A stretch of DNA of 63,165 bases, filler included, from Diploschistes diacapsis (lineage: Eukaryota), in the NCBI GenBank assembly GCA_023645945.1. It is 16 parts of 16 records of this genome, joined end to end, with 100 filler letters (N's around TTAATTAATTAA, not from the genome) between each part and the next. Parts side by side here need not be neighbours in the genome. Positions count along the whole stretch, not along the records: positions 45,557 to 47,988 come from JALAIB010002211.1; positions 48,089 to 50,520 come from JALAIB010002212.1; positions 50,621 to 53,052 come from JALAIB010002213.1; positions 53,153 to 55,582 come from JALAIB010002214.1; positions 55,683 to 58,110 come from JALAIB010002215.1; positions 58,211 to 60,638 come from JALAIB010002216.1; 10 more parts are not named here. One strand, written 5' to 3'. The position numbers and the translations under genes were made by a program. Positions 47,890-60,738 of the stretch are shown piece by piece (position 1 is the first letter of the stretch; the number at the start of each line of letters is the position of its first letter). Under the pieces are notes generated by a model. The model was not told where the DNA came from, did not search any database, and saw nothing but the letters and a program-made list of their open reading frames with translations.

Positions 47890-47988
47890 TAGGCTGGCCG
47901 TCACGGACACGGCCGTGGCAGTATCCGTGTTTTAAAATTTTTAGTCGTAGTATCCGTATTCGTGTTTTTATTATAATATAATGTCCGT
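47890..47988. mobile_element. End of the GTGTCCGT-array TIR element
   Basis: TAGGCTGGCCGTCACGGACACGGCCGTGGCAG, the reverse complement of 51157-51188. Confidence 0.8.
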
Positions 47989-48088
47989 NNNNNNNNNNNN
48001 NNNNNNNNNNNNNNNNNNNNNNNNNNNNNNNNTTAATTAATTAANNNNNNNNNNNNNNNNNNNNNNNNNNNNNNNNNNNNNNNNNNNN

Positions 48089-48739
48089 AGGTAACCCCGT
48101 GATAAAATCTAATATGATCTCCTATTAAAATACGGACGGTAACCGGAAGAAATATAATATATTATACGGTTTATACCGGGGGACCTTTACCCGTTAATAA
48201 ATATCATAATTATTAATATATTTATTAATATATCTCTTTATGTTTTCTTAATAGAATTTTCGGGCCAAAAGCTCGTAGATACGTTCCACGTCATAATAAT
48301 TTAATAATTTATAATCGTAAATTAACCGTAATAGCTTCGATCTAATACCGTCGTCTTTTAAGATATATATACGGTTTTTATAATAAAATAACCCTATGTT
48401 ATCAAAATATTATGCCGTTTTAATTACGATATTAGAACGATTAAGCTGCGAGATAGACTTATTATTCTTTTTAATAAAATCGTCCGTTATATATAAAGTA
48501 CGTATTAAGTCGAATAGCTTCTTCGTCGATTAAATATCAATAAATTCCCTCTCGTGATATCTTTTATAAATGCTCGCGGAATGAATAAATATTTTATTAT
48601 TAATTTTTTTTAAATCGATAACGTTTTAACTAACCTGCGATAGACTTATATAATATTTAACCGTTTTTTTCGCCTTTCGGGTTTTTTGGCCCAGGTATAT
48701 TATTCGGGGTTAATAATATTCTATCCGGGTCCTTCCGAG
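48089..48739 (-). mobile_element. RIP-degraded Ty3/gypsy integrase fragment
   Basis: Minus strand reads VERIYELLARKFY*..., RVKVPRYKPY and EIILDFITGLP, consistent with a RIP-altered HHCC region and core start. Confidence 0.8.
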
Positions 48740-50520
48740 TGTTACGATCCAAGTAACTAGGTGGTAGTCCACTTGGCACTTCATAGCTGATCGGGCATCT
48801 TCCCAACCACTCCTTGTATATAGTCCAATCATGGTGACACTGATCACGTGATAAGTAGAAAGTCTTGAAGGCTATTTTACCCTCTATAGATAAAATGGGA
48901 AAACAGTAGTTCTATTTATTTATTAAATTACTCCATTAAGGAGCAGTTGGCTATATAAGAACACGTTATAATTCCTATAAATCGGGGTATATTTACTTTT
49001 ATAAATATCTTTAGCGGTTATTCGAGATCAATCTATATTCGTTATTTTTATTATTAAAAAACAATCTTTTTAAAAATTAATATAAACCTATTGTAAACAT
49101 AAAAGTAGGCCGCAGACTTGGTGGGGGTGGTCCTCACAGGGCAGCTCCATTTAAGGAGGCCTGCTAGGTAGCTCTAGACAATCAATGCATCCTACACCTC
49201 AAAAATGTCCCACCTAGGTATGCTGTTGACTACGAGATCATACTACATTCCCCTACTACACAACCTACGACTACCTACCTACTACAGCAAAGAAAGTCTC
49301 CCTAGACAACGCGCCTTATATTTATAATGAGGGCCAACCTAAGGACCTGTCTAAGGACCCTTCCACATCTTATAAAAAGGTAAGGAAAAGGTTACGATCT
49401 AAAAGTTCCAGACATAACAGAAAGACATTATTTATAAAAATATAAAAAGAAACAGGAAAAAGACATCTAATTGTCCCTAAATAGCCTACCAGCATTAAAA
49501 GGATGAAAAAGCAAAATTTAATTAAGATACATTCAGAAAATTAAGCTACAAATAAATAAAATATTAAAAAAGAATTAAAAATTAAAGATTATCGATATTA
49601 AAAACGATAAACATTATTAACTCGAGTTACTCGATACCGGATAAAAATTAAACAAATTAATTAAAAATACGCGAATACGAATACGAGAAAGAAAAAATCG
49701 AACACGAAAAAATAGATTAAACAAAATTATACGAATACAAACGATAATAAAAAGGAATTAAATACGAGTTTTATAAAAAAACAACGAGAAAGAATCAAGA
49801 AACAAGAAATAAAAAAAAATATAATACATCAATAAAAAAATAAGACAAATATAAAGAATAAAAAAAATTTAATACATTATTAAAGCCTTAGTCTTTATAA
49901 TAGAAAAAATAAAAGAAAGTATGATGTTATGATTCTAAAAAGGAATCAAAAGAGTATAAAAAGAAAACAATAAAACGACGTAAAAAAAAAAGAAAGAAAT
50001 ATCGTTCCTCTTTTTCTTCGAATTATTTATAAATTAACCCGATAAACTATTTACGAATTATCGCGTTTCTCTTTCTTTCGTGATTAACTTACAATTTCCT
50101 TTAAGCATTAACAGTATCAGAGACCCTTAAGGGCCATTACTCGACCACGACCAATATAAAAACGACATATCGTGATCCTAAGCCTAAAATCCCATCAAAA
50201 ACAAATAATTAACCAGATATTATACCCTCGAGAAAAAACGAGCAATCAAAAACGTCTATTTAAAAAGAACCGCTACCACCGAATGAACCGCTTACGGATA
50301 CAAAACCAAAATTACCTCCAGTACATACGACCCAGAATATTTTAACACCGACGATAAACATAAATGTTCCTTTTTATTAACATCCTGTTCTTAAGCCAAA
50401 TACGACCGGAACTCCTTTCTTTATTAATAAAAATATATCCAAATTCGTTACCCAATAAAAAGAATTCTGTCGAAAATATCTTATAACGACAGAAAAGTTC
50501 TTTATCCGCCTGCCTAACTA
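48740..50520 (+). mobile_element. Family A LTR (48740-49091) interrupted by a family C 5' LTR (49092-49326) and its internal region
   Basis: TGTTACGATCCAAG start. Homology to family A stops at TGTAAACATAAAAGTAGGCC, which matches 47082-47316. Confidence 0.8.
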
Positions 50521-50915
50521 NNNNNNNNNNNNNNNNNNNNNNNNNNNNNNNNNNNNNNNNNNNNTTAATTAATTAANNNNNNNNNNNNNNNNNNNNNNNN
50601 NNNNNNNNNNNNNNNNNNNNGGGGAATTTGGGGCAGTAAAGAGAGGGGTTTGTGCAGTATCTAACGCCGGTTCTGAATTTCAGAATAAAATAATACACCA
50701 GCACAGAAATGAGCTAGAAGCCGAACGTAGAAGCAGAGAATCATGAACATTCTTAATGGGGCAAAGCAAGACGAGGTTTCTTTTCATGGCGGAAGGCTGT
50801 CGATTCTATTAGTACGAGCATCGATCATTCGAAAGATGATGTTTAGCGTCATTACCCCGGGATGTAACTCTGAATTGACCCACAGAACAATGGTTAGCAC
50901 CGCGGTCCATGCAAA

Positions 50916-51188
50916 CATGGGTGTGCCACGGTCACTGACACGGACACTACCGCGAAAATTTTCTCGGCACGGACACTTCCACGGACACTGCACTGCAGTG
51001 AAAGCACGGACACGGACACTACGGCTAAAAATTTTAAAACACGGACACTTCCACGGACACTGCACTGCAGTAAAAGCACGGACACTTCCACGGACACTGC
51101 ACTGCAGTGAAAGCACGGACACGGACACTACGGCTGAAAATTTCAAAGCACGGACACTGCCACGGCCGTGTCCGTGACGGCCAGCCTA
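50916..51188. mobile_element. Little-mutated copy of the GTGTCCGT-array element
   Basis: CACGGACAC arrays ending ACGGCCAGCCTA. The other end reads CATGGGTGTGCCACGG. Confidence 0.75.
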
Positions 51189-51492
51189 CTCAGGAGCACT
51201 ACCTGCTCCGCTCACTCTCCATAGTAGGGCTGACGGTTATTCTGCTTATACGTTAAGTTAGAAATTTGTATGGTGCATTTTCTTTTTAAGTCATTTCTCA
51301 CTTTTTTTTATACACTTTAGAGCTTATTTTCAAAGCTTCGATCGTTAAGATCTAGATAACCTTTTTGCGACATTATCGGCTGCGACTGGTATATGTAATT
51401 CACACAAATTACTATAAGAACTAGATATAAGCTAAATTACGTGGCAAGCACATCATATGTGAAGAGTGAGCGGAGCAGGTAGTGCTCCTGAG
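51189..51492. mobile_element. 304-bp MITE
   Basis: Perfect 30-bp TIR CTCAGGAGCACTACCTGCTCCGCTCACTCT. Left flank TA, right flank AA. Confidence 0.85.
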
Positions 51493-52335
51493 AACAACCC
51501 GATAAAAAACAAGCTCAACAAGTCGTGATCACGGAAGATATATGGTAGAAGAACCCTGCCTGTGTAGCGCCGACTAACGCGGTGCCAACCATTGTTCTGG
51601 GATCCACTTCGTACCGCAGAACCTCAAGCAGATCATTCATTCGTAGTCCGGTGGTTATACGCAACGCCCTATTGCAATGCCGCCACAAGTGGCTGCAGCT
51701 TTGGTTGAGCCCGCTGATTTTGTGCAGCCGTTTGAAATAGACTTTGGAGAGAAGGATAAATATGGGAAGCATACGTCCAGAGATATATTCCATCGGTAAG
51801 ACTTGGAGCGAGGGTCGAGCTGTTCAAGCTCCGCCAGGAATACTAGATTTCCATCCAACTCATTCAGGGGGCACCATGTGCCCTGCACACCTTCCCGCGC
51901 ACACGGAGCAAGTCAAGATTTATGGTGTTAGGTTTGTTAGATTACAGCGTGCTACCCATACTATCATGTATCGGCGTGTAGCCTCCAAGTTCCTAAGCGA
52001 AGTAGTAAGTATTGCATCACGAAAAGTTTTTGGCGGCGAAACACCGCGAAAACCTGTGCGTACGCGAAACTGGCGAAACCGGCAAAACCAGCAACAGATA
52101 ATGCGTTCAAGCGACTTGCCGTGTTTCGTCAAAAGGTTTGGCGAAACGTGGCGAAACTGGCGAAATTGGCGAAAGTAACAAAAACCGGTGTCGGAATATC
52201 AACCTAAATAGGTTGGTCAGATTGCTTACTAAGTTTTTTAGTATGTTTAAATACTCTAGAAGGTTTTAGAAGGTTCTGGAAGATTCTAAAATATTCTAAA
52301 ACTTAATAAAAGATTAGTAAAAGATTATCGAATAT

Positions 52336-53052
52336 TGTTGAAAGACAAGCAGAAGGCATGGCTGGGAGTTCGACTGAATTCCAGTCGGGGGTTCAGTTCA
52401 GCTGAACTTCCTGGAATTCTGACTAGACCGATCGGGAGTAATATTAATAATAAAACTTAACGGATCCCGTAAGATATAAAAGTTTACGCAATAAAATATC
52501 TTTATAAAATAAAATCTTTAGATTTTAATATATCTTATTGTGCAACGTATGTATTGAGTCTGAAGATCTATCTAAAAGGAAGAACCTACATGCAAGCCTT
52601 TATACCTATTGGATCCGCTAAGCCCTACAGGCTTGCGTTACTCCCAATCCGGATTAATAGGAACCCAAGTGGGTTCAGCTGAACCTCCCAGCCATGCATT
52701 CTGCCTGCCTGCTTAACACTCCTTTACGTGTTCATTTCATTCAGCTGGATGCTTTCTGTAGTAATTCAAGTTCTTTAATAAACATGTTAAGTTTAAAATA
52801 GTTCAGTGGCTTTATTAATCCGTCAACAACCATTTTATTAGTAAATATATAAATAATATTAATACGGCCTCGCCTAACTAGGTCCCGTATATAATAATAA
52901 GTAATATCGATATACTTTAATCTATCGTTAATCCTCGCGTGCTTTATTAGATCCAGAGAACCATTATTATTTCTTAATAATTTAATAATAAACGGAAATG
53001 GGCCTATAAATTTTAGATATTTAATATTTTTTAAAAACTATACGCACCATAC
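52336..53052 (-). mobile_element. Ty1/copia 3' end: RNase H remnant, PPT and 3' LTR (52718-52336)
   Basis: Minus strand reads KYIDITYYYIRDLV...YIFTNKMVVDGLIKPL (RIP form of KHIDI.YH...ADGLTKPL), then AAAGGAG, then TGTTAA...TCAACA. Confidence 0.85.
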
Positions 53053-53152
53053 NNNNNNNNNNNNNNNNNNNNNNNNNNNNNNNNNNNNNNNNNNNNTTAA
53101 TTAATTAANNNNNNNNNNNNNNNNNNNNNNNNNNNNNNNNNNNNNNNNNNNN

Positions 53153-55582
53153 GTCGCTGTGGGGGGAGAGCGTGTATTTCCTCGGTGCGGGAAGGGTTGC
53201 GGGTGCAGGCGCCAGGGATGGTGGGGGGAGGACGGCGACTGCAGTTGCTGAGCGCAGTGGGGAAAAGACTGCGGCTACGCTTGCCAAAGACACAGTGCAG
53301 AGGCCAGGGGAGCTCTGTTCAGACTTGAGCGCCAAGGGAAGGGCGCATTCTAAGAGCTTAAGAGGAGGCACTGAGACCAAGAGCAGCGAGGCAGGTCCAA
53401 GAAACAAGTCCGATTCGAAGGTCGCAAAGCGCACAAAGGCCAAGATAAACGGTGATCAGTGCCAGGAAAAGATCAAACGGGTGAAAATCACGAAGCCTGG
53501 CGCTGAGAACGGAACGTCGTCTGATAAGGCGCTAAAGGGCAACAGTAGTCGGAACACGGACGAAGCTTCGAACGCTGGTGCACTTGCCGATGGCTTTATC
53601 GATCTCGACACGCTTGGACTCGACAAGGTCGTCCCGCGCCGGCAAGGGTGGACACCTACGAAGGAGACAAAGACTACGGGCGTCATTTCTATAGACGCTC
53701 AGGGTGGCCTAGATTCCTCATCCGCTGTTAGGGCGGCTCCGACGGAAGCTGAGAAAGCACAGTTCGACAAGGTCGTTGGATCCTTCGGTCTCCCTACGCC
53801 AAGTAGCATGTCTGCCCGCAAAACTGCGCCTGCCGTTGCGAGAGACGGGTCGATGAAGCGGCGGAAGCTCGATGTAAGTGCTTGCGAAAGTCCAGGCCTG
53901 CGATGCATTGCTGACTGGAATCGCAGCTCCTAGCCATCATCAACCCCAAGCGCCCGGTGTACCCAGCCCCGAAACCGAAGCGAGCGAAGAAGAAATACCA
54001 GACCGTCACTGCTAAGGCCACCGAAGGCTTTCGGACGCCCAGGCTAGCGGACGGCTCCTCGTTGCTGGGCTATTTTACGTCGAATGAGAAAATTGGTGCG
54101 AGCAGAAGGGCCTCGACATCCGAGCATTTTGATGATGGCGACTATATGCAGCCAAACCATCTAAAGCCCGGATGTTCCTCCGCCGCCAAAAACACGCATA
54201 AGAAAACACAAGCACGATCCTTACCGTCCCCCAATTCCGCTCTCAGAGAGCTCGCCAATCAAGATCTAGTGTTTGGCACTGCGAGCCAGCTTGCAAAAGA
54301 AGAGTCGCCGGAAGTACTCCGGAACGTACAACAGGCTATCGAGAGATCCGCCCTGGAGAGCCTACAGATCTCGGCCAGGGACACAGCAAAGAATTTTACT
54401 GTGGACGGCTTCCATGTACTGTCGTCACCCACAGTAGGCTTTAGGTCTACCAAGAGCCTCTGGTCCGCTGCGGCTCGGGATGTCGACGGTTCGCTCCTGG
54501 AAGCGCAAATCATCGACCTCTCTACACCCAAAGCGCAGAAGAAAGTAGACGATAGATTACTTCCGCAAGAAGACCGTGTAGTCGCTACCGCTACAGGGAA
54601 ACCATCCGAAGACTTCCTCCCGATTGACTCCCTCCCGCAACCGCCCTCTCCAACCAAAACCCTTCCCGCTCAACCCACGAACTCCAACGCACCCTTCAGC
54701 CCCCTTTCCGAGCACCGACCACCTCTCCCTCACTCCATCTCCGAATCCGCACTGCGCCCGCGACCCTCCCCGCCTGGACTAACCAACCCCAGAAAAACCA
54801 GCAACCCCGGGAAATCTGGCCCCAAGTGTAGCACCTTCAATTCCCTCCACTCCCTACTGCTAGATCCGCACAAGTTGCCCAATTTCGACGACTTCGAAAG
54901 CACGGATCTAAAGCGGGAAGTAAAGAGGTACGGCTTCAAGACTGCTGGCGGGAGAAAGAAGCTAGTGGAGTTGTTGACTCAGTGTTGGCAGGCGAAGAGG
55001 AGGGCGATCTTGGGCGACCAGTGGCAGGGGGAAGGGGTGGGGATGATAGAAATGGGTGGCGGCGGAAATGGTAAGGGTGAGATTGGTGATGAGAGAGCCC
55101 GTAAAACGAGGGCGGGAGACGCTGGGGAGGAGACGCCGACGGCGAAGGGGAAGGCTGAGACAGGAACGCACAAAAGAAGAGGGAAGAGGAAGATCGAAGA
55201 AAGCATGGAAGGCGGAGAAGGAGCTGGCAAGGAGCTAGCCGGCACGAACGACACGGTCGGAAGGCCAGCCACGAAGAAACGAGCAAAACCGAGATCCAAA
55301 GCGGTCGAGGCAGAACCCACGGCCTCGGGCACCGGTCCCACCGATCCGGCCGGGCGTGGAACCGATCCAAAACCCAAGCAAGTCCGCGCCAAGAAAAAAA
55401 AGGAAGAGCCACAGCCCACCGCCGCCGGCGCCCTTGCCGCAGCTGCAACAAGCACCCTCGACGCCAACGAACCCCTCGCACCCAAGAAACCCCGTGGCCG
55501 TCCTCGCAAAACCGCCTCTGCGACTTCCGCCGCCCCCGTGCCCGCCGGCGGCTTCTCGTCGACAGCATCAGCAACCACCTCC
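53153..55582 (+). CDS. SLX4: Structure-specific endonuclease subunit SLX4, partial at both ends
   Basis: Motifs QDLVFGTASQLAKEESP and LWSAAARD, and SAP-like PNFDDFESTDLKREVKRYGFK...LLTQCW. Intron 53874-53926. Confidence 0.85.
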
Positions 55583-55730
55583 NNNNNNNNNNNNNNNNNN
55601 NNNNNNNNNNNNNNNNNNNNNNNNNNTTAATTAATTAANNNNNNNNNNNNNNNNNNNNNNNNNNNNNNNNNNNNNNNNNNNNGTGGGAAGAGGGAGAGAC
55701 GAGGAGAGGGGAAGAGGGTGAGGGGGATAC

Positions 55731-55778
55731 CTGGGCTTCATTGAGCAGTTTTATCGGAATGCCGATTGTGGAGGTCAT
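55731..55778 (-). CDS. SMD3: Small nuclear ribonucleoprotein Sm D3, first exon only
   Basis: Encodes MTSTIGIPIKLLNEAQ followed by a GTATCC donor. The intron runs off the contig. Confidence 0.88.
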
Positions 55779-56100
55779 TGTTTGTGGCTTGGTGGTAGGT
55801 GAGGAAGGGCAGTGGGTTGGGAAGATGGTAAGGGGAGCAGCAACTCAAGAGAAGAGTGGGTGCGCTTTTCGGGATAATGCGACAGGGACTGGGGCGCTGG
55901 TAAGGTCCTGGTCGACGTATGTTATGAGACTAAGCTAAGAAATATGAATTTTGAGCCGCCGACTCTCCGGCCTCGGTTAACGCACAGACCAGGCTCAAGC
56001 TGACGAACCCACTTTGAGCCGCATCGAATGGCTGGCCAACCAGAGTGCATCGAAGTTCTCAGGTTTATCATTGTATAAATGCTAGTTTTGGAAGCACAGA

Positions 56101-58110
56101 ATGGATAAACTGTGGGAGCTGTGGGGAAGCGACTGGCTCGACTCTCGTTTCTCTTTGATCCTGTTATCAATCAGCTTCATTCTCGCACTCGCATACCTTC
56201 TTCCCGTGTTCACTGGCGAAGACGAGTCTGCCGTACCCATAAATGTCCCAGTACCCGAAGCTGCTGAGGCCGGATGGAAGGGCGAGGTACTGGTTGAACC
56301 AGACATAAAGGTACTGAAAAGCCTCACTAAGCAAAGTCTCTAAACTAACATCCCTCCAGGTCCCAGGCCTCAGCGCCATCCAGTGCTACTGCCCAGCAAC
56401 CGGCCAGAAGCTCGGCCTGATCAACCCCTACACACCCGAGGGCATCGACCGCGCCATCGCCGCCGCCAAAACCGCTCAACCATCGTGGGCCAAAACCACC
56501 TTTGCCCAACGCCGCAAAGTCCTTCGAACCCTCCTTAAGTATATCGCCTCTGCCGCCCGCACCCCCCCTTAGCCCCAACCCTGACTGATGGCAGCTTCCT
56601 CCTCTCGAACCAGCTCTCTCTCGCCCGCGTCTGTGCGCGTGACTCAGGCAAGCCTCTCCTTGATGCTTCCTACGGCGAGATCCTCGTGACCGCTTCCAAG
56701 CTCCGCTGGACCCTCACCCACGGCGAAGCCGCCCTCTCGCCCTCGCGCCGCCCAACTGACCTCCTCATGTGCTACAAGCGCAACACAGTACGCTACGAAC
56801 CTCTGGGCGTAGTCGCAGCTCTAGTCTCCTGGTAGCACCCACCACCAACCTCAACCACCATTTCCCCTCCCCCCCAATACTAATCTATTCCCAGGAACTA
56901 CCCCCTCCACAACTTTCTCTCCCCCCTCATAACCGCCCTCTTCGCCGGCAACGCCATCGTCCTCAAGCCCTCCGAGCGCACCGCCTGGTCCTCTGCCTAC
57001 TTCCTGTCTCTCTCCCGCGCCTGCCTCGTCGCATGCGGCCACTCCCCGCAGCTCGTGCAGAGCGTGCCCTGCTGGCCCTCCACCGCCCCGCACCTGACCT
57101 CCCACCCGGACATCAAACACATCACCTTCATCGGCTCGCAGATCGTCGCGCAGTCCGTCCTGAGCGCCGCCGCGACCGCGCTGACCCCCGTGCTCGCCGA
57201 GCTGGGCGGCAAAGACCCGGCCATCCTGCTGGACGACATCCCGGACGGCGAGCTCAGCAAGGTCGTCGAGATCCTCCTCCGCGGCACCTTCCAGTCCGCG
57301 GGCCAGAACTGCATCGGCATCGAGCGCATCGTCGCCCTGCCCCGCACGTACGAGCGCCTGCTAGCCGTGCTGCCGGCCCGCGTGCGCGCGCTGCGCGTCG
57401 GGCCGCCCCTGGACTCTCCCTCCACTTCCGGCTCCACGCCCTCCTCTTCCACCACGACCGCACCCGTCGACGTCGGCGCCATGATCTCCCCCCTCCCCTT
57501 CGACCACCTCTCGTCCCTCATCTCCTCGGCCGCGGCCCAGGGCGCCTCGCTCCTCGCCGGCGGCGCACCCTACACGCACCCGGGCTACCCATCGGGCCAC
57601 TTCTTCGCGCCGACGCTCCTCGCCTCCGTCACGCCGGCCATGCCGATCGCGCGCACGGAGCTCTTCGCACCCGTGGCGCTCCTGATGCGCGCCTCGTCGC
57701 TCGCGCACGCGGTCGAGATCGCCAACTCGACGCCCTACAGCCTGGGCGCGAGCGTGTTCGGCGAAAGCGAGCGCGACCTGCAGCGCGTGGTCGCCGGCGT
57801 GCGCGCCGGCATGGTCAGCGTCAACGACTTCGCCACGTACTACGTCGCCGGCCTGCCGTTCGGCGGCGTCGGCGGCAGCGGCTTCGGCCGCATCGGTGGC
57901 CGCGAGGGCCTGACGGCCGTGTGCTGCGCCAAGAGCGTCAGTCAGGACCGCTGCGCAATGCGTTGCGGTGCGTTTGCGCTCAGGACTAGGATCCCGCCCC
58001 CGCATCGCTATCCCGTCCGGGATCCGGCCAGGGCGTGGGCGCTCGCCGAGGGCGTGGTGTGGTTGGGCTATGGAGCCGGGCTGGGGGAGAAGGTGAGGAG
58101 GGGCTTGGGG
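56101..58110 (+). CDS. MSC7: MSC7-like membrane-anchored aldehyde dehydrogenase, 3'-partial
   Basis: N-terminal TM helix; introns 56311-56359, 56539-56594, 56832-56894. Motifs IQCYCPATGQ, SWNYP, ELGGKD, AGQNC, ELFAP and PFGGVGGSG. Confidence 0.85.
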
Positions 58111-58210
58111 NNNNNNNNNNNNNNNNNNNNNNNNNNNNNNNNNNNNNNNNNNNNTTAATTAATTAANNNNNNNNNNNNNNNNNNNNNNNNNNNNNNNNNN
58201 NNNNNNNNNN

Positions 58211-60638
58211 TCCAACATAATAATAGATCTAATTTCCTCCTATCTTCGTATCCATGATTCTAGTATTATTAGATTATTAATCTAATACTTGAATTAATGA
58301 TCTAATGATGTAGACCATCTATAATCCCACCTAATAATCTATAACTATTAGTAGGATGTTTGACTATAGTTAATAAAATGTTCAACAGTTGTTAATGACG
58401 TGTCCTGAAGGGTTAAAGAACCTTTAGGGTCCTACTAGTGTTAATTAGTCAGATAGACTAACCCATTTAGGTTAATAATCTGACATACCCCCATAAGCTA
58501 AATGGGTTGGTTGAATTAATAAGATAGGACCTGAACTAGTCCTATTATCGAAATAATTCCAATTAAGAATAAATAACCGGTAATCGATTTTCGGCCTTTA
58601 TAATCCCCCCCCCAATCAGAATCACAGTAGCCTTTTAGGCCATGGGAGGTCTGATTATATGACAAGCCGAAATTCCAGCTATATCGTAGGTATTGCCAGT
58701 TACGGTTTAGCGCCGAAAAATGGTCGGGGCCTGGATTCTGTATAAATTTGGTGCATAGTCCCTCTGGGTAGATTAAATCTGGACTAGCATTGTCGCTTAG
58801 GTCGCCTGAATTTTTTAGGTCACCTGGACTGCCTAGGTCGCCTAAATCGCCTAGGTGGCCCCAATCGCCTAGATCGCCTGAATCGCCTAAGTGGCCTGGA
58901 TCGCCTAGGTCGTCTGCATTGCCTATTTCAGTGTCAATATTGACATTGTTGCTATTGACATATTCCGGTAGATTGCCGTAGTTAGGCCGATTAGGATGCG
59001 GTATTTCTTTCAAATCTTCTAGAATAAGTAATTCAGGGTCTGATGTGCTAACCTAAATAGGTTTAGCGTTTTCGAGAATAGTTACGTTTAAGAAACCGAT
59101 ATGTCTTATTCGCTGGTGTTATATTTCTTTATTAACTAAATCTTGGCTAGCAAAAGCGGTGTTTTTTTTTACCATTAATTCAGTAGAGATAATAATCAAA
59201 TTATTTGAATAAATATCTTTTGTTAGCAACCCATCGAAATAAACACGACAATAATCGTTATTAAGGATAGTTTTCGCGCCTTTTTCGCGTAGCGCGGTAG
59301 CGGAGATAAGATTTGTTCTTAAATCCGGCGCGTATTTATAATTCGTCAGTCGAAGAATCCGATTGATGGATTTAATCCGGAACTTTGTTGTTCCGACGCC
59401 AAGGATTTTGATCTGGGCTGCCTGGCCCCACCGTAGGGCTAGGTCACATGATTCGAATGATTCAAAAGCCGATAAATCCGAGCATATATGCGAGGTAGTT
59501 GCTGAATCTAGAATCCAGTCTGTTTGGTCGGAAGAAAAGAAACCAATTTCCGAATTCGGTCTAATGTCTTCTAGTGAGATAAACGAGATTAACGTGCTTT
59601 CCGTATCTGGCTTAATGTCCTTTGATCTTTTTTCAGAATGTTTTTTCCAACAATCCTTCTAAATATATCCAGGTTTGTTACAATAATAACAACCTTCAAT
59701 CTCTTTTTTGGAATTAACGCTTGCTGATCGGCGGTTATCGCTTATTGGTCGGCTATCGCTTGATCGGCTATCCCTTATTAATCGGCTAGTTAACGCCATT
59801 TCGGTATCGATATCGCTCCTTTTTATTTTTAGCCGCATTGATTCGTCGATTAATTAAGAGAAGATAGTATTAATTTTAATATCTAAAAAATTGTTATTCC
59901 GAATCTGCTGAGTAATTATCGCTACTAGACCTTCGTAATCTTCGGTAAGATTATTTAGGATCCAGGCGGCTATAACCTTGTTCGAAATAATGATATTCCG
60001 TGCCGATAGGTCATTTGTTAGTTACTTAATCTAATTAATATAAGCTTCCATCTTTCCCTTTTTAGCTAGAGTCGTTTAGAATAATTGTTTACATAACAAT
60101 ATTTCCGAGCTAAATCCCTTTGGCTCGTAGAGCTGTTTTAGGGTTATCCATGCATTTTTTGATTCCGTTGCATTCCGGATCTATAGTAGGGGTCTATTTT
60201 CAAGACCTAACCTAATATAGGCTAGCGCCTTTCGGCCCTTTGCTTCCCGCTCGGGTATATCGGCGGGTTTAAGCGGTATTAGATTGTCGATCATGACGTT
60301 ATAATACCCTTTTTCGGTTAATACGGCTTCCATCCGTATTAACCATACATTCCAGTTATCGCTACCACGTAACTTAAGGATCTTCATCATTGTTTCGCTC
60401 ATTTTTGCTGAATAGGGCCTAGTGTCGTAATTTTGCAAGGGTAATTAAATTAAATACCCCTGGGGTCCTCTGGTCCAAAAACAGATATTTCGAACTAATG
60501 TTATTTAAATAAGAATAGTCGCTCCGGGCTCATAACCTGTTAAAAATGGAAATATAATGATTAAATAGGCAAGTAATGACTAGGGAAATAATGTTAAGTA
60601 CAATAATAATGTATTACTATTATAGGAGGTAGTAAATG
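58211..60638 (-). mobile_element. Internally deleted Ty1/copia element
   Basis: LTR end ..TTAACA|GGTTATGAGCCC at 60538. Gag KLRGSDNWNVW, knuckle CYYCNKPGYI*KDC, protease WILDSATTSHIC, EI*HQRIRHIG, then YCDSDWGGD..RKSITGY. Candidate PPT and TG at ~58485-58492. Confidence 0.88.
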
Positions 60639-60738
60639 NNNNNNNNNNNNNNNNNNNNNNNNNNNNNNNNNNNNNNNNNNNNTTAATTAATTAANNNNNN
60701 NNNNNNNNNNNNNNNNNNNNNNNNNNNNNNNNNNNNNN

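Noticed and set aside
50743..51177. ORFs with HGHFHGHC or VSV repeats
   Set aside because: They are translations of the CACGGACAC transposon array.
51515..52178. Short ORFs between the MITE and the copia LTR
   Set aside because: No recognisable motifs or consistent exon structure.
56769..58005. Long overlapping and antisense ORFs (406, 214, 174 aa)
   Set aside because: Shadow frames of a GC-rich ALDH exon.
53153..58110. SLX4 next to MSC7 as a recombination gene cluster
   Set aside because: They lie on different contigs separated by a spacer.
2453..60738. Regularly spaced TTAATTAATTAA repeats suggesting an array
   Set aside because: They are synthetic six-frame-stop linkers embedded in N runs.
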